Below the pieces are notes generated by a model. It saw only the letters and a list, made by a program, of their open reading frames with translations, ran no database searches and was not told the origin of the DNA. From the NCBI RefSeq assembly GCF_018350175.1, contig NC_058368.1, positions 181,228,001-181,292,000 on the forward strand: a stretch of DNA of 64,000 nucleotides. The letters are read 5' to 3'. The number at the start of each line of letters is the position of its first letter. The stretch's first letter is position 1. The DNA is from Felis catus (Eukaryota). The translations under genes and the position numbers were made by a program. Shown piece by piece: positions 26,311 through 39,299 of the stretch.

Positions 26311-26736
26311 TACCCAGTTTGTACCACTCCTGTCTTTTATGTACTTTATACAACATCCAGAAACCAAACAAATTGACTTTTTTTAAGGAACAAGGTTACC
26401 TGCTTTTTTCAACTCCCCTCCTATTCCCATTAACTTTTGTCTAACAACATTTTGGTTGACAACATATCCTTTAGTATCCTTTGTCAAGTTTTCTTTGTAT
26501 CCATATGCATCCCTTGTTTTGTTATGGTCCCTGTGCTTTATTATTTAAAATCCACATAACCAAGTAGCAGCTAAGACCATCACATATTCCTCTGTTCTTG
26601 CGTGAAGCCTCAAACATAATATTAATGGTAGAATAATAACCATGAATTTTATAAACATATTTTGCATTTGACTAATTTGCACATGTTAAAGATTTGATGT
26701 AACTAATAATTCATCAGTCTCTTCCCCATGCAAACC

Positions 26737-26865
26737 AAGAAAATGATAACATCAGTTTGAATATCAAACATAATGATACTGAGGCAGCTTTCAATCATCA
26801 CAAAGAAAATGATAGCATCAGTTTGAATATCAAACACAATGATACTGAGGCAGCGTTCAATCATC
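26737..26865. repeat. Tandem duplication, period 66 bp, 2 copies
   Basis: aagaaaatgataacatcagtttgaatatcaaacataatgatactgaggcagctttcaatcatc at 26737-26799, repeated at 26803-26865 with 3 substitutions. Confidence 0.95.
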
Positions 26866-28433
26866 CATGCTAATGGAATAGATACAATCCATCCCCACCA
26901 ATAAATGCAAAGTCTCACTTTACCCTTGATTTATTTTTTCTCTTTAACCCATTATAATATCTGCTAAGAGGTGGGAAGATGGAAATTACCACTTCATTTT
27001 TTGCCTCTGCCCAGCCTCTTGGAACAGTGGCAACTGAAAGTAGTATTCAGGAAAAAGGAGAAGAAAGAGAAGGAAGGAACACATGGTAAGAAGAAGAAGA
27101 AGGAGATGAAGGAGGAAGCATGGCACCTCATAAAGAGAATATCAGATCCCTAGATCTTGTGTGGGGAATTGTATTTTGTTAGAACTTCTGAGCTACCTAA
27201 CAGAGGCTTGCCAATAGCAGGAAAGATAATTCAATGACATTAGACATGAATTCTTGATCAAAACTGAACAACTAAAGGCAGGTCTTATCTCAGTATTATG
27301 GAGAGATATAATAAAGTTCAGTGAAGTTATCAGACTTGCATGTACACAACCTTCCCCTACAGAATCACATGGCTGTTCCTGGGCTTCCACCGCCAAGTGG
27401 TTAAACCAATATTTCTTCCAGTGAGATGCATGTAATTTTTCATTATATGGTTTCAAATCAAGCTCCAGTCTTGGAAAACAGAAACAGAAAATCAACATTG
27501 TGAAGTATTATAGATTTTGCATGTCTAAACAGCTGTGATGAATTAGTCACAGTTACAATGAACTGTAGGAAAAAATCTACAGGCAATATATTGCTTTTGC
27601 AAGTTTTATATTAAAGTAAAAGAAAACCCTCAAGTAATATTATATAATAAATTATTGTAACAGTGGTTGGCAGTAGGAGTAATTTAAATAAGATTAATTT
27701 AACAACCTTTAAATATCAATAAGTAATAAATATCTTCATGCATGGGGGTCCACATTTCACTTTATTTGGAAATAATGAATAATGCCAGTTGCCTAATATA
27801 ACCCTAATAACAGAAGAGTAATACACTGCACTTTAACAATTTTCATTAGAAGAGCTCAAGTATTGCTTTCATTTGACAGGAACTGCATCTGTTCCATATT
27901 AGGCATGCAAAGTAAGTTCTGTAAAGAAGTTCCCAAATTAACTTTGCAAAGGAAAAGTAAAAGGGACCCAAACACTAAACTGAAGCCTGCTATCAACTTC
28001 ACTGGCTTTACTTTTGCAATAGTTTGTTCTTAACTCTAATATAAAGTGTCTTGTCAAACCTCAGAGATAACTGGCTTCGGACAGATTTTGGTGCCTCAAA
28101 TAATCTGTCGTGGAGTTTTTCAAAGTATTCATTTTTAAACATCAAAAGCAGTGGGGGGGGGGAGGAGAGGATGTTATTCTATTGGCATACATTACACACA
28201 TGTGGCTTAACTTTCAAATTGCCACCATCCTCTTCCTCATCTCTTCCTTCCCTCCTTCTTCTCTGCTCTCTCAGATCATGTCTTACCCTCCTACCTGAAG
28301 ACTGAACTCCTACCATGGCACTGTCACAGTGATACATCTAATGCACTGAGAAAAAGGAGGATGCAAAATGGCATATACATTATATTTTTGAGATTTTTTA
28401 ATTATATGCTTTCAATGTTTAAAAAATATGGTA

Positions 28434-28620
28434 GTGGTGCCGGGTGGCTCAGTCAGTAGAGTATCTGACTCTTGATTTTTGCTCAGGTCATGCTCTCCCA
28501 GTTTGTGAGACCAAGCCCTGCATTTGGACTCTGTGCAGATAGAGCCTGCTTAGGATTCTCTCTCTTCCTCTTTCTCTGCCTCTTTCTCTCTCCATCTCTC
28601 AAAATCAATAAACTTTAAAA
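28434..28620 (+). mobile_element. CanSINE, older
   Basis: gggtggctcagtcagtagagtatctgactcttgatt head; TSD-like tttaaaaa(a/g)tatggta on both sides. Confidence 0.9.
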
Positions 28621-29234
28621 AGTATGGTAAAGATTTTACAATTTACAGTATGATTTTTAACTCTCATTTACTGTTTTTCCACATTCCCCAGAGTAACATG
28701 TATTACTTAGATTAGTAAATAATAATAATATATGAATTCCCAAATCTTTATTTTTAAGTTTAAATTAGCTACAGCCCCTGCCTGAGTCTCAAATACCTCA
28801 CATAAAAATGTATGTATTAAAGTAATGAGTGTTGATTTAGGGAGTAGAAAGAATGAAAACTAAGTTGGTGGTATCATCACTACTCTGCATTAACCACGCA
28901 GCTGGACATTTGGTCAGAAAAGGAAAGAGAAGATGCAGCGTGGCCTTGAGGAGTGAAACAGCACTGCTGAAATAAAGGATTCAACAGGTTTGGAGACTTG
29001 TTCCATAAAAGCTGGGTTTGACTATGAGTCTAAAATAGAACCTCCAAAACCGGGGAGGTGGGGTTTGCTTGTGTTGCTTTATTAAAATTTAAAAAGATGA
29101 CATTTAACCTGTAAAGTGGTATGCTTTAATTAACCTGTAATAAACCTGTAATTAACAAAATAAATAAAATATTACTCATGCAGAAGCATTAGGAGGTTGG
29201 GTTTATGTTGGTGACTCTTAGAATCTACTTCCTA

Positions 29235-29448
29235 AGGGCGCCTGGGTGGTTCAGTCAATTAAGCATCTTTGGCTCAGGTCATGATCTTGCGGTCTGTGAG
29301 TTCAAGCCCCGTGTCGGGCTCTGTGCTGACAGGTCAGAGCTTGGAGCCTGCTTTGAATTCAGTGTCTCCCCCTCTCTCTGCCTCTCCTCCCCCACACTCT
29401 ATCTTTGTCTCTTTCTTTCTTGCTCAAAATTAAATAAACATTAAAAAA
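29235..29448 (+). mobile_element. CanSINE
   Basis: agggcgcctgggtggttcagtc head, gagttcaagccc B-box, CT-rich linker; flanks share tacttccta. Confidence 0.93.
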
Positions 29449-29510
29449 GTTAAACCTTACTTCCTACTTTGATAAATCAAGTGCTACTATTACCTTCAGT
29501 GTTTAAACCA

Positions 29511-29689
29511 GCAGTCTTCAAAAGTTGTGAAGAGATGCTTCTGGAACGTTGTTAAAAATCCAGATCTCAGCTCACTAGTGCACATTTCAATGCATTTGGT
29601 TTTAGAATTGACACAGGAATGTGCATTTTTAACATGAACCCCCACCTAAAACCATTACAATTATTCAAAGTCCATACTTTGTAAAACAG
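29511..29689. mobile_element. MER5A-like MITE
   Basis: ttgttaaaaatccagatctcag...caggaatgtgcatttttaacatgaacccc...ccatactttg. Confidence 0.55.
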
Positions 29690-31099
29690 GGGATGCCATT
29701 GGGGATTCAGTGATTTTGACTAAAATCAACCATTTAACCAGCATGTTTTTCTAGGCTGATATTCTTAGACATCTTGAAAAGAAAAGAAATAACTTAACCA
29801 TGCAAAATGTAATGTCCAATTATAACTAAATACTCCATTATAGACAGAGAAATATAAAAATATGTTGGAAGGAGCCCAACAAAGATTTGAAAATAACTAA
29901 GCTTTTCTGTATCATTTGTTCAATGAATATTAAAAGTTGTAGTTGAGCGAAATAGCAGTTAAAGAAAATGAACCAAATAAATAGATTGCAAAAACTGTAA
30001 TCTGAAAGTGGCATTTTATTTGTGTCTTGAGCATATAACACATTTTTCTTTCATTAAATTGTTGCATGCTGTTTTCTTGCATCTATTCATCCTATTAGCT
30101 CCTGATTCATAATTTGACTGCTTATAGCCTTGATTCTTAAACAAAAAAGAAGAAATAGGTCACTCAAGTTCTTACACCAGAGGCTGCAGATGCACTCGCT
30201 CAAATAAGTCAGTCACATCCTTAATATGGCCACAGTGCATCACAATATCGTTATCACACACCCTACCCTGTCTTGGGTAAATATATGCATTCTGGCCATT
30301 TACAAGTGAAAAGTGGTCAGAGTTCATGTCAAAAATGAAATATTCCTAGCACATCTTAGCCATGCCAAAAATATCTAGAGCAAGCAACATGACCTAGTAC
30401 TTTTTTTTTTTTCATTTTTGCTTCCAAGTTCCCTACTATCTTTGTCAAATGTCAAGTTTGGAAAAATATTTCCTTTTTAGGGGTGTGACAATTACACAAA
30501 TAATAGCAAAAACCAACTTTTCTCTTGGCATACTTCTGTTTCACATTTTTTTCTTTTTCCACAGTACTTCAGCTGTAATAATTAATCAATTCAATAAATA
30601 TTCATTTCTAAGAACTGTCACCCAAAACCAAAATAAGGGAGAGGTGTGTGTCTAAGTCCAGCTACTGCAAATCCTCAAATCTTCCTCATTAAAGAAGAGG
30701 AAAACAATTGAGCTAACAGGTCCTTAAGTTGTATCAACTCAGTTCAAGACAACCAAAGAGCTGCCCACTACAGAGTAGATACTGTGAAAACCGTCAAAAG
30801 GTTAGGAGAAACAGAGAGATGGAAGAAAGACATGGGGTATACAGATGGGAAGGGAGAAGTCAGTACAGAGTATAAGATGAAATATGAGAATGTATCAAAC
30901 TTATGCCATTGACCACTAATAAGACACCAAATAAGACGACTTTGTAAATGCATCTATATAAAGGCCAAAACTAAACGAATGTGTAAAAATTGTATGAAAT
31001 GAATATACATGTGTGATTGGGTGTCTACAATGAGTTATCACGTGGGACAGGTCATACTGCCCTGGTGGCCATGGGAGAGAGGATATGCAGAGGTGAAGG

Positions 31100-31460
31100 G
31101 CATGGTCCCTACTCTCAAGCAGCTCACTTCTTAGCCTTTCGCTGTTCATGACACTGTTTATAAAGGCCAGCCCACAGAGCGTCCCAAGTAAAGTGCAAAA
31201 GAACATGGGTCATGTGATGGAGATGAAGAGAGATGAGTGAGAATTTATAAGGCAAAGAAGAAAAAGAAGGGCAGTCTAGGTAGGAAGAGCAATGTGCTCC
31301 AATGGGTTTGGAAATGATAGGAAGCAGTATGTCTGAGAAGCAAATTATTAATGTGCTGAGAATCTATAGCTTAAATGTAGACCAAAATGGAGAGAAAAAG
31401 GAAAGGTTGAGTGGATATCATTCTGAAGATGTATGGAATTGATTCTATAAGAATAGAAGC
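31100..31460. mobile_element. L2 fragment
   Basis: catggtccctactctcaagcagctcac...gcagtctaggtaggaagagcaatgtg. Confidence 0.5.
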
Positions 31461-31589
31461 TACTAAAGATTTGACAGCTGAAACAAAATGAGCACTTGCA
31501 AATCATGGAGAAAAACAGAGGAGGACATTTAGTATTTGGGGCCACCTAATATTTTTTTCCTTCTGCCAAACGGTTCTCTTTCTTCATTA

Positions 31590-31785
31590 CTTTTTTAAAA
31601 ATACTTATTTATTTTTGAGGTATAGAAAGAGAGAGATGGGGGGGCAGAGAAGGAGGGGGACAGAGGATCTGAAGCAGGCTCCGTGATGACAGCAGAGACC
31701 CCAATGTGGGGCTCAAACTCATGAATCATGAGATGATGACCTGAGCTGAAGTCAGACACTCAACTGAGAGCCATCCAGATGTCCC
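31590..31785 (-). mobile_element. CanSINE
   Basis: tttatttatttttgag...gacagaggatctgaagcaggctcc...gacctgagctgaagtcagacactcaactga. Confidence 0.9.
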
Positions 31786-31804
31786 ATCTTCCTTTTTTTC
31801 AAAA

Positions 31805-31888
31805 GTGAACTCTACTCCCAACTTGGGGCTTGAACTCATGACCCCAAGATCAAGTCACATGCTCTACCAACTGAGCCAGCCAGGTACA
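31805..31888 (-). mobile_element. Short, old CanSINE head fragment
   Basis: ggggcttgaactcatgaccccaagatcaagtcacatgctctaccaactgagccagccagg (antisense tRNA-like head). Confidence 0.8.
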
Positions 31889-32916
31889 CTGCTCTGTGTC
31901 TTCCTTTTAAGGAACTGCCTCTCTCCCCTGGACCAAACTTGTTGGTGCTGGTTAGCCAAATACCTACTGCATCTCACCATACCCCTGGAGGATCCCATTT
32001 TCTTCCAGAACTCCCCATTTGTATTCTAGATACAGCTAGAAAGCAAACATGAAATGCAAGCTAGTTCTATCAGACCATCAGACACAGCCTAGAATTTTGA
32101 CTTTAGCCTAGTGACAGAAAGGAAAATAAAGTAAGTGCTCATTTTATCTGCCATCCCCTGACCAGGCAATTCTTCAACTGCTCACAATTTTCTCTATTTC
32201 CTACTACTTAGCCATCCAGATCACCTTGTTCCAACCCACTTATTTTTTTTTTTTATTAAAAAAAATTTGAGACATTTTATGGAAAATTGATAGACAACAA
32301 GCTACATTGCAGATTACATTTTTATATTATTCTTCAGTGATTGGAAACGTACATATCATGTCTTCACAATAATAAAACACTCAATTAGGAGGAAAAGATA
32401 TTTATATTTTGGGTTTATTATTTACTGGACCAAAGTCTCAAAAAGGTTGAAGTGATTATCAAATAGGACAGTTCAACTAAATATAGGATGAACATGCCAC
32501 AGAGGGCAAAGTCACTTCCACTTTGTCACATCTGTTCTCAGGCTTCACATATTGGCAGACCTAGTGTGCACTCTCTCTCTCTCAGACACACGCACACCTA
32601 ACAGAACACACACACTCATATACCCTCCTCCTACGTATATAACTCATTGAATATAGAACACTTATGTCTATCTCTTTCTCTCTCATATACCTGTACACAT
32701 ACACTCAATTCACAGAACAAACATTCACATATATGTATGCATCCACATACAACCTTATACACACATACACACCCTGGCTGGATCAAGGCGGAGCAAATAC
32801 CTGTGAACTAAGTGTGTCTTCTAAGTGCATTTTAGATCACTTCAAGAGTCACAACACCCATCTCTATCAATTGATAGTAGTTGGGAAACTCTCAGGAGTA
32901 GCAGCCTTAGATACAT

Positions 32917-33156
32917 CTTTTCATTTTGACTTTTTTCATGGAAACTTCAAACATGCCCCCAAAGTAGACATAACATTAAATGAACTCCCAAATACCCATC
33001 ATCCAGTTAGAAAACTTATCTACTCATGACGATTCTTCTTTCCTTTAAAGCTCCACCTACCCTCACTGTACAATAGAAAATTATAAGGGGCATTTTAGAA
33101 AGGATATCATTTTATCCATAAACATTTCAGTATACATGTCTAAAACAGGACTTTCT
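32917..33156 (-). mobile_element. Old L1M 3' end, antisense
   Basis: tttttcatggaaacttcaaacat...aaagtag...atgaactccc...tacccatcatccag...atcattttatccataaacatttcagtat. Confidence 0.65.
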
Positions 33157-33370
33157 GGGGCACCTGGGTGGCTCAGTCAGTTAAGCATCTGACTTTGGGT
33201 CACGACATGATCTCATGGTTTGTGAGTTCAAGCCCTGCGTTGGGCTCTAAGCTGACAGCTCGGAGCCTGGAGCGTGCTTTGGATTCTGTATCTCCCCCTC
33301 TCTGTACTCCTCCTGGGCTTGTGCTCTCTCTCTGTCTCTCTCTCAAAAATAAATAAACATTAAATAAATT
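33157..33370 (+). mobile_element. CanSINE with TSD
   Basis: ggggcacctgggtggctcagtcagttaag head; flanks aacaggactttct / aacaggattttct. Confidence 0.95.
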
Positions 33371-34930
33371 TACAACAGGATTTTCTTTGTGAAGTATTCC
33401 CCAGTCCATTTCTAGTACTACTTCTCCAGCCCACCTAGCAATTCTCTGAGCCCTCACTCTCTTCCACTAAATTCCTCTTTTGCTCAGCTTCCCAGCATTG
33501 CATATGTGACCTATAAGCAAGGGATGCTACTTGAACCGGTAGCTGTGGTGGGAGTCATCTTATGGCAGAGCGGTGAAGGAAAAGGTGAGGTACACAGGAA
33601 TATGTCTCAGTCAAAAACGGTTTACAGGGACAGAGTGGAAGGGACAAGAAGAGGGGCATTAGGATGAAGACAGGAGAGGAAGGGAATCAGCTGATCAGGA
33701 GGAAGCCCATAGACTGAAGTCATTGTATTCTGACAGCTCTGTACATTTTAGTGCACTTTAGAAATTTTTTGTTTCAACCCAGGATTATTGTTTTTTTAAA
33801 GCAAAACCTTTCACCACAGTGTTAAGTGAAGCTTCCCATCTTGGTTTTGTGACAAAACAGAAATGACTGCACATTTTTTTAGAACCTCTCCCCGCCCCAT
33901 ACAGAGAATATTTTCATTGTCTGAGTAACGACACTCCCACACAGGTTATCCTCTTCTGAAATCAAAGAGAGAAGATGATGAGACTTTTTTAAAATTTGGG
34001 ATACAACTTAAAAAAACACACAAAAAGTGTAGTTTTTCTTAATTCATGTTTTGCCATCATGATAGAACCCAAAGGCTCTGCATGAAGCCATGGGTGGAGG
34101 GTTTTTATTTAGTGCTGGAGTGTGAGCTTCCAGAGAACCACTGCTTTGCTTGCTCTCTACACCTCCCCAGGACCCCTGTCAGCATGCGTGAGGGTGCAGC
34201 TGTCCACTACTAAGCATTTAGACCAGAGGGTTGATGTCTCCAGTAGAATGGACTCTCTTTGGTTGAAAAAGATGACCCTGCTGTTCTTACGCCTCGAAGC
34301 AATTCAATTTCTCATTCAATAGTGAAACCTAAAATCAGTCTCTACATCAAGACCGTGTCTAGAGAGATGTGGGGAAAAATGCACCAAACCCCTCTAAGAG
34401 TTTCAAGTGCTTCCACATCCTGTGAACAGAACTATATAGAAAAAAAAAAAAAAAGAGAGAGCAGATGGCACCGATGACAATGTAATCATAGAAACACAGA
34501 GGTCATGTTTCAAAGTTAAAAGCATGTGGCTCATTAGGACAACAAACTCGCTCCTCCCCTCACCCCCAGAAGACCAGAGATTTGTAATCTGTAACTGGTC
34601 AGAACTAAAAGGCCAGCTCACACTCTCTGATCAGCCTCCACAAAGAGCTTCTTGACATAATTCTAAGGCTATTAGGATCTAATGATCTGAAAAATAGTTT
34701 TGATTAGAGGAATCCCAGATTGACAGACATCAGAGGAGAGCAAGGTAGCACCGTATCGCAATGAAAGATGCCATTTCTGTGATAATGAATTGACTGTTCA
34801 AAGTTGGGTCCAGCATTTTATTTCTCAAAGGAGACAACTGGCACTCGGGAACACTTAATTACCAAGTCACCCTGTCCCAAGCCACTTACTCTGTGGGTAC
34901 CCAATAAATATTAATTAAGGAAGATGATAA

Positions 34931-35170
34931 ACAGCAGCTCATTTGGTGGAGAGACAAGTCTGCTGTTTAGTGGTGCAGCACCTACCCTTCCTTATACAAC
35001 ACCACAGGTAGAAGAATGCAGCAAAACGATTTTCCTAATTGAAACCACAGGGGGTCTTTAGGTAACAGAATGTAATTACCTAACCTGGAATTTGGCCAGA
35101 GCAATGGGGTGCATGTGTCATGTTTTCAAAGAGGAGGTCATGATTGTGCAAAGGCAAGAGATCTTCAATC
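34931..35170 (-). mobile_element. AmnSINE1 fragment (ancient amniote SINE)
   Basis: 35037-35110 aattgaaaccacagggggtctttaggtaacagaatgtaattacctaacctggaatttggccagagcaatggggt aligns almost ungapped to my recalled antisense AmnSINE1 consensus AATTGAAACTGCAGGGGGAATTTAGGTAGGCAGAATGTAATTACCCAAGCTGGAATTTGGCCAGGACACCGGGGT; weaker colinear matches on both sides (gcagc...gctgttta; gagatcttcaat). Confidence 0.8.
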
Positions 35171-36999
35171 CGCGTTGACATTAAGTGACAGACTGACCAT
35201 GGTGAATGTTGAGTTGTCAAAGATAAATGATTATCCTGCTAAGATAATGCTTTATTGAGGTATTTTAGTGAGGATCTATTTTGTAAGGGAACATCTATTT
35301 GAAATAATTCATGAAAAGAGTCTGAGGAATAGACCCTCCCTGCTGCAAGCCAGAGGGTCTTTCCTTCTCTGTCCCCTCAATGTGAAAAGTTGCTTTTAAC
35401 TGGCAAGTGTCAATAGTTCATCAGGTGAGGACAAGGGAGTGAGGAACAGGTTCTTGTTCTCTTAAATATTCTGCTAGGACTGGTTTGCTTCTCATACATC
35501 TTTCTTCCTCCTCAGGAGTTTGATCCTCTTTGATTTTATCACCCTACTTGCTCACTCTGATCTTACAACATTGCAACAGTGTCCTCATTTAGCCAGAGAA
35601 TAATATTTTGGCTTGGGAAACCAGCACTTCCTCCTCTTCAGCTTCCAGTGACCACCTAGAATGATTAAACTGTCTCACGATTCTAATTATGCAAGTACTT
35701 TTGATAGTTTTTCAAATTTAAATTTTACACTGCCCTTGTTTTTAAATCTGCAACTTATGTGCTTATGTGCTTATTTTATTTTGTAAGTCTCTCTAGGAGT
35801 ACTGATTTAAATTGCTCCATTTTTTAGGACTACGAGGGAAAAAAAAATCAAATCTACAGATGGCTAGCATCTGTGGTTCTACAGTGTTAACATGTACAAT
35901 AACACACAGTCTCTAATTGAATACAAGAACGTAACTCAATCGAGGGTCTGTGCTAACATCATAAACCATGACAGTGCAGCCCAAGCAATTAATAAATAGT
36001 AATAGCATCTCTCAATTGAATCGTAAGGAAGGGGCACTGTGATGGAAGTTTCTGTAGTACACTTTTCTTGAATTGCACCTGCTAACAAAGGAAAGCTGAA
36101 TGCTCTTCTAAAATCATGTCACAGCCATTAATTTTTAATAGGTTGCACTAAAGAAAAACAATAACAACAATAAAAAGGAAGATGTATCATGGCCAAAGAG
36201 AAAGTGATTAATAACCAATTATTGTTGTCGGAGAAGAGATTTGGTCTCTGTGACACTGTTTCAACTTACCAAAATCCATCTGAACCTACAGATCCCCTCA
36301 GTGTCATTTAAAAAATCGAAGTAAACATCAGAATTGAAAGAAGTAATACAAAGAGACAGGGCAATCTTCTAAAGCTACCTGGCATTTCTTCCTGCTGCTG
36401 ATAAACATATCCTTGAACAGTTCAGAGAACTAAATGAGAAAGGAGAATTTTGTGAATATTTCGGGCAATAGGCCGAAATGAATCACATCAAGATCACAAT
36501 GCTATCCTGGAAGTACTATTTTCTGCCCTAACTTCATTTCTAAAAGGACTTGTCCTAGTTCTGTTTTAAAAATCCATTCCAATTGATTTAGAATTCAAGA
36601 TAATCTATATTTGTGGCATGGCTGCATTTCCTTTGCTTGCACTAGGAATTCTCTCCACTCGGGGTTCGTATGTGGTAGACAAGGGTATGGGAGAAGCTCT
36701 ATAACATTCTGTAAAATCTTACAATCACTGAAAAATGAAACTTGGCTTTGAGGTCAGAAGAATCAGTTTTCAGCCAATGACTTATAATTTCTTGAGATGA
36801 AAAACACTGGATACTGACTCTATAATGTTAGACTAATTTTAAAAACCCAAATTGTCATTGACTGCAACGGTAAAGGAACCATAAAGATTAAGCTTTTTTT
36901 GTCTGGTTTGTTTTTAGGTTGTGAACAATACTAATTTACATTAACCTAGACAAGACAGGAATTTCATTGTATGGACACTGGGCACTGGAAAGGATCCAC

Positions 37000-37290
37000 A
37001 TAAAAGAGGAACAATCAGGAATTCAAGAAAGCCAGGCAACCAAGGCACTACCACAAAGCATTGATTGCCCTCAGATATCCTGGGAACTTCCTTGACATGC
37101 ATTACTCCCCAACTCCCATTATCCAAATTTCCAGGAGAATGTCTGCTGAAATCTGCTAAATCCAGCTTAGGTTGTACATCTTGTTTTTATTCTGTGGCCA
37201 GGGAGGCTGGGTCATAAAACACATATGGCTAATCTAGGCCTATCCATGTGATCCTATGATCAGAGACTATGTTAAAGAAGGGAAGTAGCA
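37000..37290. mobile_element. Old ERVL/MaLR-type LTR remnant
   Basis: ccaaatttccaggagaatgtctg...ccagcttaggt...ctgtggccagggaggctgggtcat...atggct. Confidence 0.45.
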
Positions 37291-38839
37291 TGATTACTTA
37301 CCAATTGATTGAAATATGAGTTTGCATTAACGCAACAAAACTGATGGTGGCATTTGAGAATTTTGATCTTGGGACCTTCTCAACAAATGTGTGTGGTGTT
37401 CATTTTAAAGTATTAAAATAAAAACTTCATATTAAAAAAAGTTTCACCATTATAAAGATTGTAGATCATCTAAATAAATTCATTTGCTTTTGTGGATTGC
37501 AAATGTCACTTAACTACAGTTCATCAATTTTAGAGACCATATATTAAAATTATTCATAATAGTCTAAATGAAATCTTAAAAATATGAATTATTGCAGTTG
37601 GTTGAATATATTAGGTTTTTATTATATTAGTGTTTTTATCTAGGGTCATCTGTTCAGTCCAACTTTAAGTCTTGTTCATAACAGACTAAGGTAGACAGTT
37701 AGAAAAATGGCATAATTGGATTTTTTAAAAGAATCTTCTATTTTTCTAATAAAGAGTAGAGAAAACACATGTATAGTTATTTCTTTAAACCTTCACTTCA
37801 CTTGAAATCATAGCCCTCTTCATGTATTGGCTTCAAATATGTCTCTTTCATACCTGTTTATATTTTTAACTCTCTCTATTTTTAGGGAAATCCCCTCCTA
37901 ATCCTCTTTATCTGGACTGGACACATAATGTTATTACTTGGCAAAGGAATGGTTATATAAATGAATGAATGCATTAATGAGCAAGAAATCATATACCACA
38001 TATAAGTACTGAAAGAGTTTCCTAACTGCACCCAAGTTGATTTTCCAAACATTTGATTATATTACTTCCTTATTCAAAAGGTTTTAAGTTAAGTCCTTAT
38101 TGTCTAAAAAATGAGGTTCTACATGCTCCAAGCCTTCACAACTTTAGGTAAGTTTACTTTTCTAGATTTTTTCCCCTGGCAATTATTTGTTACATTTTCT
38201 GCAAGAAGTGTACTTTCTTAACTCTGGTACTATTGTTGCTCTCCCTCATCTGATAGAGACAGCAGCCTGTTCTCTGTCTTATGCTCCATGGGAGAATGTT
38301 GAATTTCTAGTGTTAATAATAGTGACTCCCATACATACAAAGTACTAGTGGGATAAATCAACCAGTGAATGGATCATGAAATTCTAATAATCCTGTAAGA
38401 ATGAACTCTAACATCATTTTCCCCATAAAGGTTATTCTAATTATTCCATCTAGAAATCATCTTTCTTCCCTCTAAACTCCTTTCCATTACCCAAGTAACA
38501 GATCATGTTGCCTCCTCAGCCAGGTGGGTCCTAGCCATACCTTCTATCCCCATGTCATGCTCTATGTCTATTACCTTATTTTATATGGGTTTTTGATTTG
38601 ATATTCTTCTTCTACTACAATATCACACCAATTCCATGGTGTCAGGGACCGTTTATTTACTGTATATAGATATATAAGCATATATGCTGAATAAATGAGT
38701 GGATTCCTACAGAAACATATGTAAATATTATTTACTCCTGTGGAATCTAGATATTTGGCTCAAGTCTTTCTCACTAACTAAATGCTTAAAAGTTAAGATA
38801 GCAGGTAATTCATCTTTGATCATGCATATCTCACTACTC

Positions 38840-39110
38840 TCATTCATTCAAATTGACAGTCACAATAGTAAATGTTTATGGAGTGCTCACTAGATGCCAG
38901 CAACTGGCATAGGACAAGGCTATTCCAATGCTATATTTTATTGGATACTCACAAGAATTCTATGAGATAGAAACTACTGTTACTCCATTTTCAAATGAGT
39001 AGGTGAAGGCTTTGGAGAAGTCAAGTCACTTCCCAAACCACAATAAATTCAATGCCAAGGCCAGTATTGAACACAGGTATATCAGACTCCACAATCTATG
39101 CTCTTAATAA
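38840..39110 (-). mobile_element. L2 end followed by MIR
   Basis: cattcattca...aaatgtttatggagtgctcactagatgccagg; actcacaagaattctatgagatag...ccattttcaaatgagtaggtgaaggctttggagaagtcaagtcacttccc. Confidence 0.7.
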
Positions 39111-39299
39111 ACATAGTCCCATGACTTTACCCATTGTTATTAATCAAGGTTTTCTGAGTGAATGCTTTAATGAATATGAACCTATTAGGGACAAAAATAT
39201 CTGACTTTTGTTTTCACAAATCAGAACATGGAATCCCACAGTAAGAAGAAGGGCTCCTACCAATCACCTCACCTAACCCAGGTTCAATACCTATTCAGC

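Noticed and set aside
26737..26865. Repeated units as a possible CRISPR-like array (also 40500 and 62144)
   Set aside because: Only two adjacent copies, no unique spacers, no cas genes, mammalian context
26971..27153. K/E-rich 60 aa ORF
   Set aside because: Produced by a purine-rich (GAA/GGA) low-complexity tract
30219..30229. CArG-like ccttaatatgg
   Set aside because: Seven, not six, A/T bases between CC and GG, and no supporting context
34122..34477. Overlapping plus-strand ORFs after an acceptor-like site at 34170
   Set aside because: No recognisable protein, no convincing donor, and one ORF runs through an A-homopolymer
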